DNA of 59,451 bases, filler included. It is 5 parts of 5 records of this genome, joined end to end, with 100 filler letters (N's around TTAATTAATTAA, not from the genome) between each part and the next. Parts side by side here need not be neighbours in the genome. Positions count along the whole stretch, not along the records: positions 25,229 to 40,162 come from DRR378314_1544; positions 40,263 to 49,218 come from DRR378314_1547; 3 more parts are not named here. The stretch is one strand, 5' to 3'. Below are positions 33,501-44,713 of the stretch, piece by piece. The notes beneath the pieces are model-generated. The model saw nothing but the letters and a program-made list of their open reading frames with translations, was not told the DNA's origin and ran no database searches. Position 1 is the first letter of the stretch. Each line of letters opens with the position of its first letter. The translations under genes and the position numbers were made by a program.

Positions 33501-35508
33501 CTCTTCCATGCATAGTTCTTGTCATATGTCATGAACGCGAAGAGCGACGTCAATCTGGCGACAGAGCGCGAGTCTGGTACTGGGCGAATACTCCGTTACG
33601 GACACACTCTCCGCTCTCGCTGTCGCGGACGATGGTGCCGAATATTCTCGACGCTAACGCGCATCGACTTCATACAGCTATTCAGATGTAGCGCTTTGTG
33701 CCCATCGGGTGCTTGAGAGAGTCGTGCAAAGGGAACGGTTTGTGGTTGTTTGTCGTCTGTGTATCCTCTGACGCTTCAGCTCTGTCTTTTGTGCAATGCA
33801 GCACGCGCTGATGTGAGCGCGGTGCGCGGTGGTGGCGCCGATTCGCCGCCGGTCCTGTTTGCGCCGGTGCGCTCGGTTGGCTCTTGCCGCGATGATATCT
33901 ACGCCGTGCACGTGCATCCGCACGAAAGTCATTTCCTAGCGGCCGGATGCGATACATGCGTCCGTATCTTTTCAAGGGATAGTGGAGAAGAAGTCCGAGA
34001 TTACAGGGGTACGCGCGTTGCGATTTCTTGTGTTGCACAGTGGACTACCGGGATTGGCGGCGCAGCTGCTTCGTCTTGAGCAGAGAAGCGCGTTGTGTCG
34101 CTTCGTTCACACAGAGATCACCACTGTTGGCGTTGTTCCTCGTTTCGCAGAATGAAACCAATATGCATACCGCTGTCTCCTGGCGGGAATCCATCGGTAC
34201 CCATGGCATAGCTTCGACTGTTGGCCATTAGGTTTCGTGTGTTTGAGCTCCTGAGCAATCTCGAGAGCTCGTTCTCTCTTTTCTCACTGCCGGATCCGCC
34301 GTGTTCTCGCTTTACATGCGTCACGGCGAGCTGGGTTTCTCTCAGTATCCATGACCTGTAAAGCTATGTATCTTTTACAAGAAAATGTTTTATTTTCTTT
34401 TTGTAGAAGGGCGTTGAGATGAGCTCGCATTCGCTGTAATGAGTATTTTGACTTGTGGGGCGCTCTCGCTTCCGCTCTGTTCCTCTGTCCACATCGCGAG
34501 AGATCGCGTGTTTGGAACGTGTCCGCCGACGCTTCATTCACCTTCTGCGCTCCTCGCCGTGCTCACATATGATGATACTGTCTCCGTACACTGCGTCGGT
34601 GCACAAATGCTGTCATCCCGACTTGCGCTTTGTGTACGTGTATGCTGCGTGCTTGCCGGATCAGGTCACTCAATGGCGGTTACATGCGCACAGTTTAGCC
34701 CGTCGGGGTCGATGGTGGCGAGCGGCGGGAAGGACCGCTCGATCCACTTGTGGGACATCGTGAGCGGGTCGTCGCTCACGGTTCTCCGCGGACATCTCGC
34801 CGACGTGTCTGGTCTCGCATTTGCGCGGTTTGGGACGAAGTTGGCGAGGTGCGCAATAGAACACGTCAGGACGTTTCCTTGAAATGAAAAGTTACACTCC
34901 CAGATTGCTCCATACATAAACATGTGCATTACCTCATTAGAATTGTATTGAATGCCGGTCTGGGGGTTTCGTTGCGCACTGTGGTCGCCATTGCGCATGC
35001 AGCTCTGGGAAAGACAACACTGTCCGGCTGTGGGATCTGCGCGAGCGCCGCGCGGTATCGCGCTTCAAGGGCCACCAGCACACGCTCAAGAGCTTCATTC
35101 GACCTTCCTTTGGCGCTGAGGAAAACGTAATTTTTTGTGGCAGCGAAGACGGCCGTATTGTAGCGTGGGACGTGCGGAACGAGCGCATTCTGAGGACGCT
35201 AAGTGGCCACAAAGGTCCCGTGTATCGCGCGGAATGGAACAGGTGCGACTGGGCCCGCCGCGCCTCACACGCACTTTGGGCTGTTCTTTGGCTTTCCTCC
35301 TTCTCCTCGCTGCGCTTTTGCTGTGTGCTCACCGTGTTACGCGCCGCTCGTCCTTTCTTGTGGGGTACTGACGTCTCGGCTGCGCTGTAGGAGCCAAACG
35401 GTGCTGGCTTCGTGCGCGCAAGACGGAGTGGTGAATGTGTGGGATTTCGTTCCGCCAGTGCCGCGCGACGACGGCGCTTCTCCTTCACCTCCTGCGTCGG
35501 AGACGTAG
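30577..35508 (+). CDS. LisH-CTLH-WD40 repeat protein, multi-exon, 5' end undefined
   Basis: LisH exon EILVILAQHLKSEGYTATYWTLQ (30577-30645), CTLH RKLRKAILDGDWVEAE and FLFQVYRQQFLEVIE, RLVSMLKQAVAYQ, and several WD repeats (GHSMAVTCAQFSPSGSMVASGGKDRSIHLWD, GHKGPVYRAEWN, LASCAQDGVVNVWD). Stop at 35508. Confidence 0.8.
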
Positions 35509-36345
35509 CCGCTGCCGGACGAACGAAAGCGTTCGCCACCTGTATACCTGTACAATACACAGCTGTGTGTCACTCCGTTGTCGCTTGCTGAGGCGACTGT
35601 GCGTGCGTTGAGGTGAACTGTGCCGCTCGCGTGTAAGGAGCAGCGATGGCCCCGCGTTCGGACTCGCGAGCGCCGGACGAGGGCGACCTGCACACCGGAC
35701 TCATACAAGCACACAGCGACCAACGAGTAGATTCCTTTTCTCCCCTCTCTCTGGTGTACATGTATCACCACATTCCGATATTGCGAAGTGTTCGCGAGAA
35801 AGGAGCCGAAACAGAAAAAAAAGTCTCCGTCTGTTGTAGCTGACGTTATCCTGCGGGACAAATTGCTGTGTAAGCTTTTCACTCATTGCGATCGTGAACA
35901 TGTCTTACAAAAGAGCATGAACAAAAATGCGATGTATTGATCACAGTTCGAGTGTAATACATACTGCGCGCGTGTGAGAGAGGAAAGCGAGACTCGTCAC
36001 CCCCTGCGCGATCTCCGGCGCTCTCACGAAGCAACTTTCCGCGATCGTGACCACCCATCTAGCTGGACACAAAGATGAGCTTTGGAGAAGGAAAAACAAT
36101 CAAACAAACAAGGAAACCTTCATGCCGCTTTGACGTCCGTGCAAACAGAACAAGAGGTGCAAGCTGAAACACTTCTTCTCCCCGAAGTTGTTGGTTTACA
36201 CGGTCAGTAGCTAAGGCGCACAGTGCGCAACGTGTGAGATAATCGACGTGGAAAAGCGCGGGACCGAGCTGTGTGTTCTCGTGTTTGTATCATTTCGATT
36301 CGATCGTCGGCGTAAATCAAGAAAGGGCACACACGACCGCGTCCT

Positions 36346-39300
36346 CTACTTTTTGAAGTGTGCTCGAGCTTCGAGGGTACAGTGCCTGTCGCAGGTTGAC
36401 CGCGTTCCATCGTTCTCCAGCTTGTCCAGTGCTTGCACCACCGCGTCATTGTACAGCTGGCGAACACGCTCGATCTGCAACGGGACACAAGCGATCGACG
36501 AGGAAAAGCATAACATATGCACCAGAACCGCGTGAATGCTCCATCATAAGCGCAACTTGGCGAGGAGAGGAACGCAACAGCACGTGATGATTGGATTATG
36601 TGGGATCGACTTCGAACTCTGCATCATTCTCCATAGGCGAGAAGCTCTTGTATCGCGCAGAGCAGGTCGAGGACGCGGCAGCGGAGAAACGGTTGGAAGA
36701 ACACGAGAGCAACAGAGAACCGAGGCAGAGAGACTTACTTTCCGATTGGCATCTGTAGGGTACACACGGTTCGTGAGCAGGATTGTCGAAACGCCGCGAA
36801 TAGGGTCGTTGCAGAGCTGCGTTCCTGTGTATCCGATGTGCAAAAACGTCTGTGGGGAGAGGTCGCCGCACGTGTGGTTCCAGCCTTCGTCGAATACGCC
36901 GTTGATGTTCGTGTTCCACCCGAGCGCGCGGCTACTCTGCTTCGGATTGTGGACCTACACGCGTCAACGCGCGACCGCAGCATTCAACACGGCATTAAAA
37001 GGCGGTGAGATGGTGGGGAGAATCTACAGTAGAAGCGAATAAGCGGGCGAGGGAATCAGATCCACTCAATACTGCAACGTGATTCCTGGCGAAACCAGTC
37101 TACACATCGACACAATACGATCGCGCTTAGCGCCTGAAAGAATCGCCTGTGCGATCGGATGCACCGCCTCTGCGGAGCTTTTGTCGATGGCACAGAGGCA
37201 CCAAAGAATGCACGTTTGCCTAATTTGCCCGTTTTGTGGCACCAATCCGGTGCTTGTAAACCGTTCTACTGTCAATCGCACCTTGGAGAACAGAGCCATG
37301 GTTTCAGCAGTGAGCAGACGATGCTCAAACATGACCTCTCGCGCAAGCAAAACGACATCATTGGCCGTCGAAAAAAGTCCCGCGTGGCCTATTATACGAG
37401 TAACCCAGCAGTAAAGAGAGAACCAACAAAGGTGAGATGAGAGACTTCGCGGCAACAAACTTCGGCAAAGTGCAAGTGCAGGATCGCCCGCTGGAGCGCG
37501 CGTCACAGACCAGCAACATCGGTGTGTTTCTGCGCGACTCTGCGCACGTGACGCACCGGAGATCCCTCCCATTGCATAGGCATTTCCATCTGACACTTGA
37601 CCCTGCGGCGTTCGGTGCAGATATGATCCGTGTGGGAGCGGGAGCGTCTCGTTCTCGCACGGCGCTGCGCGGGGCCTAACTCGTGCGTCTGCGTAGCTCA
37701 ACGAACGAGCGCGCGCATCCGCGGAAGCAATAGATCAAATGCGAGGGGAGCATGCGGGTGAGGAGGTTGCATTTTCTTGAAATAAGGTAAAGAATAACAC
37801 AGCAAGGGCCCTGTGTGTCTTGAGAGGCGACAGATGCACGTTTTACCAGCGTCGTGCGTCCACGGAGATCGGCAGGCGCCATCGCACAGGTTCTCGCGAC
37901 AATACGCGAACGCTCTCCCACCGACAAAGATACAAGATCGCTTGCTTCCCCGTTCAAGCTGTCCATTCCGCTCTCCTTGCGCTATCGTTTGCTTGCATCG
38001 CTTTGTGAGTGCCAAGATACTACGCGATCTACGTAAGCACATAGGCGCAGCGCAGCGAAAGTACACAAACAGTGCGGAGGCCGCCCTCCGCCAACGCGAA
38101 TTGCAGGCACAGCGCGCGAGCAGTAACCATCACCCTGTAGCATTGCGAGGGCACGGACCTGGTAGATATCCAGTATCGTGCATGCGCAGCGCTTCGAAGA
38201 CGCGTGTCCGCACAAAAGCCTCGTAGTAGCATGCGAGCGCGGCGCCTTGCGTGGGGAATCGGCACTCGTCGCGCAGCGCAGTGTCCGGGACCAGCCCGCG
38301 CGCTCGAATCCGCGCGCCGAGCGAGTACATAAGCGTTATGAAAGAAAGGTCACTGTACACGTATGTTTGTCCCACAGGGTGGGCGAGAGTCTGATTGAGG
38401 AGGCTGGCAATGATCATGGGCTCGCACGAAAAGGTCTCGCGCGGGAACTCGCGCTTCGTCTGCGCGCAGCCGAACGCGGCGTCCCAGTAGTTCGGCGAGG
38501 GATCCGGCGGGAATCCAGCATTGTGCAACAGCAGATTTTCAATCGTAATACGGCCTTTGCCCTGTGAAGAGAATTCCGATCCAAGAATATCGCTACAATA
38601 CGAATGGAAAACGCGGAGACATACGACTTGCGCGTTACGCACAGAGGAGGAGAATGGGAAGTTCGCGTGGAGTTCCGCGTGTCGACTCTGGGGCGAGCTC
38701 GCGCGGAAACGAAACCGCCGTCTGGCGCGCTGCGCCGCAGAACCACACAAAGCCCGGGGGGGGGGAGCACTCCCAAGCACTGGTGCCTACAACCCTCTCT
38801 TTGCCTAGCACTGCTTCGAGCGCGTCGCTGCATGGATCGCCAGAGCCCAAAGCAAGGCAGCGTGCGTGCGCACCTCACGCGCTCGTCCAGACGCAACTCG
38901 CCCTCCTGGTGCAGGAGCGCCGCTGCAGACGTGGCAGCGAGCACTGCAGCCGGCCAGAAGCGCAGCGACAGCGACCAGAAACGTGAGAACTGGGGAAAGA
39001 GAAGCCGCGAGTACCAGCTAAGCGACAAGGTAAAACAAGACACGCAACTTCGATATCTAGCGGAAACCGCTCCCGGAACGTAGTGGGGCGGAGAACGCGG
39101 GCCGCGTCGCGCTAGCGCGCGCGTACCTTTGGTAACGCTGGCCATGTCGAACAGCGTCGACTCGCGCATGCGTGGGACGTCCCCGCCATTCAGCGGCGGC
39201 GGATCGCCATACGTGTATCGTCCTACTGACCGCCGATAGAGAATACCTGCCAAGAAATCAGACGAGCGCAGTGCGCGCGTGCCGTGTCACGATAAGACCC

Positions 39301-39731
39301 TCGCGCAGGTGCCCGGGAGTTCTTCCAGGTGCGGTGTGACGCAGGTGGTCAACCCGCCAGTGACTACAATTCCAGCGCTAGCATCACAACGGCAGCAAAT
39401 AAAATTTAAACTTTTCTTTTCAGCAAAAGTCCGCAGCGGACCTCAGACACCCCTCACAGTATTGATAACACGCGAAGTGATATAAACCGGTCGACTACGC
39501 TAGGCACTCGGCGCGCCTCCACAAGAAAGGCGACAGCGCACCAACGCAGCGCTTCGTACCGTCCTTGTCAAGCACGACCGCCACAGCGCCGGGGAAAGCG
39601 GCATCCTGAACAGCGTCCACCAGAACGGAATCCACATTACCCCACACATCAGCGCAGACACTGCATTTTTCACCTATCACAACAGTTCCGAAAAGAAGAA
39701 TCGCCAGAACGACGCCCTCCCGGAGCCTCAT
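36346..39731 (-). CDS. Secreted serine hydrolase, beta-lactamase class C / AmiE(YbbE)-like, multi-exon
   Basis: Signal peptide MRLREGVVLAILLFG, AFPGAVAVV, SxxK (LFDMASVTK), YVYSDLSF, GQVSDGNAYAMGGISG|HAGLFST, HIGYTGT and ILLTNRVYP. Last exon IERVRQLYND... ends with TAG at 36346. Confidence 0.85.
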
Positions 39732-40162
39732 TGTCGCGCGCAGCTGCGAGCAACGTGCAGGCGGGGCGGGCGCTGTGCGGCCCGATTGGGCGCGCCGCCG
39801 GCGAAGAGGGGAAATACTCTGGGTAACCCTATTTTGTGATGTGCATCTCATTCATTGGTCAGCGCGCTCACGCCTGCAGCACAGAGTTCTCCACCTGCGC
39901 ATTTGTCGGGCACGCGGGAGGCCACACATGCGGCGACCACGGCGCAAACAGGAAGCAAGCAACCCCGTCGTCGTATTTGGGAAACTGCAGGGAGCGTACG
40001 TCGGACAGTGCCGACGCAAATAGAGAGCAAGCACAGCGCACAGCGAACTCGTAAGCCGGTGGTGCGACACGATCGGTGCTGACGGGAGACACGCCGCCGC
40101 CACGGATAATGCGGTGGAGAAGCCGCGGGCAAAGACAGGGCAAGAAACCAAATCCTCGCACA

Positions 40163-40262
40163 NNNNNNNNNNNNNNNNNNNNNNNNNNNNNNNNNNNNNN
40201 NNNNNNTTAATTAATTAANNNNNNNNNNNNNNNNNNNNNNNNNNNNNNNNNNNNNNNNNNNN
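40163..40262. other. Artificial contig spacer
   Basis: N-run, TTAATTAATTAA, N-run. Confidence 0.97.
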
Positions 40263-40316
40263 GGGAGCGAGGGGCCAGCCCCTCGCGCTCCCAGAGGTAT
40301 TTCTGAAAAGATGAAG
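40263..40316. repeat. Rhodobacteraceae-type REP-like palindrome at contig end
   Basis: Hairpin GGGAGCGAGGGGCCAGCCCCTCGCGCTCCC followed by GAGGTATTTCTGAAAAGATGAAG, just past the LysR stop. Confidence 0.6.
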
Positions 40317-40323
40317 GGGCAGG

Positions 40324-41217
40324 TCAGCGCGCCAGGAGACAGGTGTGCATGCGGCTTGCGGCCTCGGTCAGCGGGCGGTTGGCCTGATGGGCCAGGTGGT
40401 AGCCGTTGCGCGGGTGTGGCAGCTCTGGTGTCAACGGGACCAGCGCGCCGCTGTTGAGTTCAAAATCCAGCAGGTGGCGGCTACCAAGCGCGATGCCGTC
40501 GCCCTGAAGGGCGCGACCGATCGACTGCGCATAGGTGCGGCAGGGCAGTTGTTGCCATCCCGTCAGGTTGGGCAAGCCCGGCCAGTTCTGCCAGCTTGTC
40601 CAGTCCGGCGAGATCCGATCAAAGGTGAGGAGCGGCGGTGCGGTCGTCGGGTCCTGGTCACCCAGCGGGCGGCTTGGGTCGAGACGGGCGGCAAGGGCGG
40701 GGGCCGCGACCGGCAGCATCACGTCCTCGAACAGAAACGCGCTGGTCATCCCCTCCCAGCTGCCATTGCCATAGAGGATGGCAAGATCGTTGCCGCCATC
40801 CAGCAGCGCGCTGATCTGGTCGGTGGTGACCATCTCCACCGGCGCCGCCTCGGCGGACAGGCCAAAACTGCGCAGGCGCGGGGTGAGCCAGAACAGCGAC
40901 ACGGCGCTGTTGGCAGCGATCCGGACCGCCGCGTCGGGGCGCTGGGTCAGGTTGGAGAGGGTCATCTCGGCAAAATCCAGCAGCAGGCTGGCGTGATCGC
41001 GCAGGCTCTCGCCCTCTGCGGTCAGCTGCAGCTTGCGCCCGTCGCGGTGGAACAGGGCGCGACCGAGATGCGCCTCCAGCTGCTGGATACGCTTGCTGAC
41101 CGCGGTTTGCGACACCAGCAGCTCTTCTGCCGCGCGCGAGAAGTTCATGTGCCGCGCGGCAGCCTCGAAGAACATCAGCCCGTCCAGAGGTGGCAGGTTC
41201 CGGCGATAGTGTTTCAT
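40324..41217 (-). CDS. LysR-family regulator (GcvA-like)
   Basis: Start MKHYRRNLPPLDGL at 41217. HTH FEAAARHMNFSRAAEELLVSQTAVSKRIQQLE. Divergent from the M24 gene. Confidence 0.92.
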   Translation of the reverse strand: MKHYRRNLPPLDGLMFFEAAARHMNFSRAAEELLVSQTAVSKRIQQLEAHLGRALFHRDGRKLQLTAEGESLRDHASLLLDFAEMTLSNLTQRPDAAVRIAANSAVSLFWLTPRLRSFGLSAEAAPVEMVTTDQISALLDGGNDLAILYGNGSWEGMTSAFLFEDVMLPVAAPALAARLDPSRPLGDQDPTTAPPLLTFDRISPDWTSWQNWPGLPNLTGWQQLPCRTYAQSIGRALQGDGIALGSRHLLDFELNSGALVPLTPELPHPRNGYHLAHQANRPLTEAASRMHTCLLAR

Positions 41218-41320
41218 AACCATAGGTTGGGAAGGTGGCCGGGAATTTGGAATTTCACAAGGTCCGTGTTTCTGCGTCAGACTGATCCGCACATCACGCA
41301 TCTTGAGAAGGACCTGCCGC

Positions 41321-42613
41321 ATGGCAAATTTCGACTGGCACGCAGAACGCAGCGACCTGAGCGGCATTGCGCTCCTGGACCGGGCACCGGAGAGCGAGGG
41401 GATCGACCTGAAGGCCGTGCGCCTCTACCGGTTGGGGCAGCTGCGCAAGGAAATGGCAAAGCTCGGCGTCGGCGCGGTGATCCTGTCGGACCCGATCAAC
41501 ATCCGCTACGCCACCGGCACCCGCAACATGCAGGTGTTCTCGATGCGCAATGCGCCCTCGCGCTATCTGCTGTTGACCGAAGCCAAGACGATCCTGTTCG
41601 AATTCACCGGCTGCCTGCATCTGGCCGATGGATACGAGACGGTGGACGAGGTGCGCCCGGCGATGACCGCCTCCTTTGTGGCGGCGGGGCCGGAGATTGC
41701 CGAGCGGGAGCGCAAATGGGCCCGTGAAATGGGCGATCTGATTGTGTCTCTGGTGGGCAAGGGCGCCACCGTGGGCATGGAGCGGATGAACGCGGGCACC
41801 GCCATTGCGATGAAGGAGGAGGGCTTCTCCATCGTGGATGCGCAGGAGCCGGTGGAGATGGCCCGCGCGATCAAATCCGACGAGGAGATGAAATGCGTGC
41901 GGGCCTCGCTGCGGGCCACCGAGGTGGGGGTGCACAAGCTGCGCAACGCGCTGCGCCCCGGCTTGACCGAGAATGAACTCTGGTCGGTGCTGCATAAATC
42001 GGTGATCGAGCAGAATGGTGATTATTGCGAAACCCGGCTGCTGAACGCGGGCGAGCGCACCAATCCCTGGTTCCAGGAGACCGCCAACCACGTGATTGGC
42101 GAGAACGAGTTGGTGGCGCTGGACACCGATGTGGTGGGCTGCCACGGCTATTACTCGGATTTCTCACGCACCTTTCACGCCGGTCCGGGCAAGCCGACCG
42201 ACACCCAGCGGGCGCTCTACCAGACGGCGGTGGAACAGGTCTATCACAACATGGGCATCCTGAAGGCGGGCATGAGCTTTCGCGAATATGCCGATCAGGC
42301 CTGGGACATTCCGGCGCAATACTACGCCAACCGCTACTACCTGTCCTCGCATGGCTGCGGCATGACCGGCGAATACCCTTACCTGTACCACCACGGCGAT
42401 TTCCCGGATGCGGGCTATGACGGGGTGATCGAGGCGGGCATGACCATCTGCGTCGAGAGCTACATCGGCGAGGAGGGAGGCCGCGAAGGAGTGAAGCTGG
42501 AACAGCAGCTGCTGGTGACCGATAGCGGCATCGAGCTTTTGTCAGAATTTCCCTTTGAAGAGAGCCTGATGGACAGCGGCTACGATGCACCGTTTCCGTT
42601 GCCGAAAATCTAG
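41321..42613 (+). CDS. M24 metallopeptidase-fold protein, DddP (DMSP lyase)-like
   Basis: DPINIRYATGTRNMQV, ETRLLNAGERTNPWFQE, DTD...DFSRT, HGCG, CVE and KLEQQ, with AAGGA RBS before ATG 41321. Confidence 0.8.
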   Translation: MANFDWHAERSDLSGIALLDRAPESEGIDLKAVRLYRLGQLRKEMAKLGVGAVILSDPINIRYATGTRNMQVFSMRNAPSRYLLLTEAKTILFEFTGCLHLADGYETVDEVRPAMTASFVAAGPEIAERERKWAREMGDLIVSLVGKGATVGMERMNAGTAIAMKEEGFSIVDAQEPVEMARAIKSDEEMKCVRASLRATEVGVHKLRNALRPGLTENELWSVLHKSVIEQNGDYCETRLLNAGERTNPWFQETANHVIGENELVALDTDVVGCHGYYSDFSRTFHAGPGKPTDTQRALYQTAVEQVYHNMGILKAGMSFREYADQAWDIPAQYYANRYYLSSHGCGMTGEYPYLYHHGDFPDAGYDGVIEAGMTICVESYIGEEGGREGVKLEQQLLVTDSGIELLSEFPFEESLMDSGYDAPFPLPKI

Positions 42614-42750
42614 GCATTCCGGCCACAGAAAGGGGGGGGGGCGTCACCGGGCGTCTCCCCCGTGATATATATTCTGCAACGAATTTATGACAGGCTGAAG
42701 CTGTCGCAAAATAAAGAAATGCGACACCTCGTAACCTTTGGAGGTGTGTC

Positions 42751-43161
42751 ATGTTTCGAGTAAACCGCCTGTCAGCCGCGCTGATGGCAAGCCTGATCGG
42801 CGCGGCGGTTTTGCAGGCATCACAGGCAGACGCAGGCTGGAGCCGGGTTCCCGGCGGGCTGCGGTTGGATGGGGAGGTCAACGCCGTCGACTTTGGCGCC
42901 TTCCTGCACCACTTCGAGAACGCAATGCTGGAAGAGCCGCGCTATGCGCCCATCGCCATCTGGCTCGCCGGGTCCGGCGGGGATGACGCGGCGGCCCGGC
43001 GGATTGCCGAAATCCTGGCCGTGGCGCAGGATCAGGGCGTCAGGCTGGCGACGGTGATGGCACAGGGCCACGCCTGTGACGGCGCCTGTTCCATCTTGTT
43101 TGCGCTGGGAGACGAACAGATCGCCTCGGCCAGCGGCACCCGGCTTATCACCGGGCACTGA
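42751..43161 (+). CDS. Exported small protein with degenerate ClpP/crotonase-like (COG3904-type) motifs
   Basis: Signal peptide ending ADA, LRLDGEV, IWLAGSGG and CDGACSILFALG. GGAGG RBS. Confidence 0.55.
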   Translation: MFRVNRLSAALMASLIGAAVLQASQADAGWSRVPGGLRLDGEVNAVDFGAFLHHFENAMLEEPRYAPIAIWLAGSGGDDAAARRIAEILAVAQDQGVRLATVMAQGHACDGACSILFALGDEQIASASGTRLITGH

Positions 43162-43195
43162 AGGGCAGTAACGACATCTGGGGCCGCCACCGGGA

Positions 43196-43645
43196 TCAGA
43201 GGTTGCGGGTCATCAGCATGTAGCGGTCGCGCGCCTCGAACCGGGCGCGGCTGTAGAGTTTGACCGCGGACTCGTTCTCGCGGTCGACCTCCAGATGCAG
43301 TGCCCGCACGCCGGCCTCGGCAAGGGTGCGGGGCAGGGCGGAGAGCACTTCGGTGGCGATGCCGCGCCCGCGTACGGCGGGCCGGATGAAGAACTCGTCG
43401 ATCATCCCGTCGAGCCCGCCGAATTCCACCGACCAGGTGAAGGTCACGATGATATAGCCGATGGGCGCCCGCGCCGGCCCGATCAGGTAGATTGCGCCGT
43501 AGGGGATGCCTTCGAGCAGCGGCAACAGCGCGCCACGGCGTTGCGCGTCATTGCTGTCGATACCTTCCTCGGCGTGAAACCCCTGCACCATGGTCAGCAG
43601 TTTCTCCAGGTCGTCGGGGCGGGCAAGATGCAGCGCGGCGCTCAT
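43196..43645 (-). CDS. GNAT N-acetyltransferase
   Basis: IDEFFIRPAVRGRGIAT (acetyl-CoA motif) and LHLEVDRENESAVKLY. Confidence 0.9.
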   Translation of the reverse strand: MSAALHLARPDDLEKLLTMVQGFHAEEGIDSNDAQRRGALLPLLEGIPYGAIYLIGPARAPIGYIIVTFTWSVEFGGLDGMIDEFFIRPAVRGRGIATEVLSALPRTLAEAGVRALHLEVDRENESAVKLYSRARFEARDRYMLMTRNL

Positions 43646-44583
43646 AGCCGGCCCAGCCGTTCGGTGAGCAGGGTAAAGAGGCCGTCGGCGTCCAGCTCGT
43701 TCATGAACATTGCATTAGGCGCGCGGTCGGTCACGCCCCACCAGTCGGCCACGGTCATACCGAGGGTCAGGGGCGAGGTCACTTCTATTTCGACATTCAC
43801 GTGGCGACCAGAGAACAGATCCGGGCGGATCAGATAGGCGATGACACAGGGGTCATGCAGCGGGCCCCCTTCGGAGCCGTATTTCGCCACATCAAATCTC
43901 TCAAAGAAATCAAGCATCTCTGCGGTGAAGCTGCCAACCCGCGTGCCGAGGTTGCGGAACGCGTCGACCCGCGCGCGGGTGGTCAGCGCCTTGTGGGTCA
44001 CATCCAGCGGCATCATGGTGAGCGTCACGCCGGAGGCGAATACTTCGCGCGCGGCTTCGGGGTCGACGTAGATGTTGAACTCCGCCGCCGGGGTAATGTT
44101 GCCGACCTCGAAATAGGCGCCGCCCATCATGACGATCTCCATCACGCGGTCGATAATGTCGGGGGCGCGGCGGAAGGCGGCAGCGATATTCGTCAGCGGG
44201 CCCAGAGGGCAGAGCGTCACGGTGCCGGGCGCCTCGCTGCGCAATGTGTCGATGATGAAATCGACGCCATGCTGGTCCTGAAGCGGCATTGTGGGGTCGA
44301 ACAATTCCGGCCCGTCAAGCCCGCTGCGCCCGTGTACATGTTCGGCGGTGACCAGTGGGCGCTCCAGAGGAGTATCACAGCCGGCGTGAACCTTCACCTC
44401 TGTGCGGCCCGCCACCTCGCAGGTGATGCGGGCATTGGTCTGGGTGCGTGCCAGCGGCACATTGCCAGCCACGGTGGTGATTCCGAGAAGGTCGATCTCC
44501 TCCGGCGAACCCAGCGCCAGCAGTAAGGCGACGGCGTCGTCCTGCCCGGGGTCGGTGTCGATGATGATTTTGCGCGCGCTCAT
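43642..44583 (-). CDS. Nucleoside hydrolase (IU-NH family)
   Basis: Start MSARKIIIDTDPGQDD at 44583. Carries LGPLTNIA, AEFNIYVDPEAA and PLHDP. Confidence 0.93.
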   Translation of the reverse strand: MSARKIIIDTDPGQDDAVALLLALGSPEEIDLLGITTVAGNVPLARTQTNARITCEVAGRTEVKVHAGCDTPLERPLVTAEHVHGRSGLDGPELFDPTMPLQDQHGVDFIIDTLRSEAPGTVTLCPLGPLTNIAAAFRRAPDIIDRVMEIVMMGGAYFEVGNITPAAEFNIYVDPEAAREVFASGVTLTMMPLDVTHKALTTRARVDAFRNLGTRVGSFTAEMLDFFERFDVAKYGSEGGPLHDPCVIAYLIRPDLFSGRHVNVEIEVTSPLTLGMTVADWWGVTDRAPNAMFMNELDADGLFTLLTERLGRL

Positions 44584-44713
44584 TCGGGGTATTCCTCGGT
44601 CAGTTCGGCAAACCCTTGCAGCCCGGATAGAGGTTGTCCACCTGATGACCATGGACATAAGGAGTGAAACGCCTGATATTCGCGAAAATTCCTCCCCTGT
44701 GGCGTGAGAGAGA

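Noticed and set aside
40345-41727. 460-aa plus-strand ORF opposite the LysR gene
   Set aside because: It is an antisense/alternate-frame shadow of two well-supported genes in GC-rich DNA.
36346-42613. Apparent bacterial-eukaryotic junctions suggesting horizontal transfer
   Set aside because: The adjacency crosses artificial spacers and carries no biological information.
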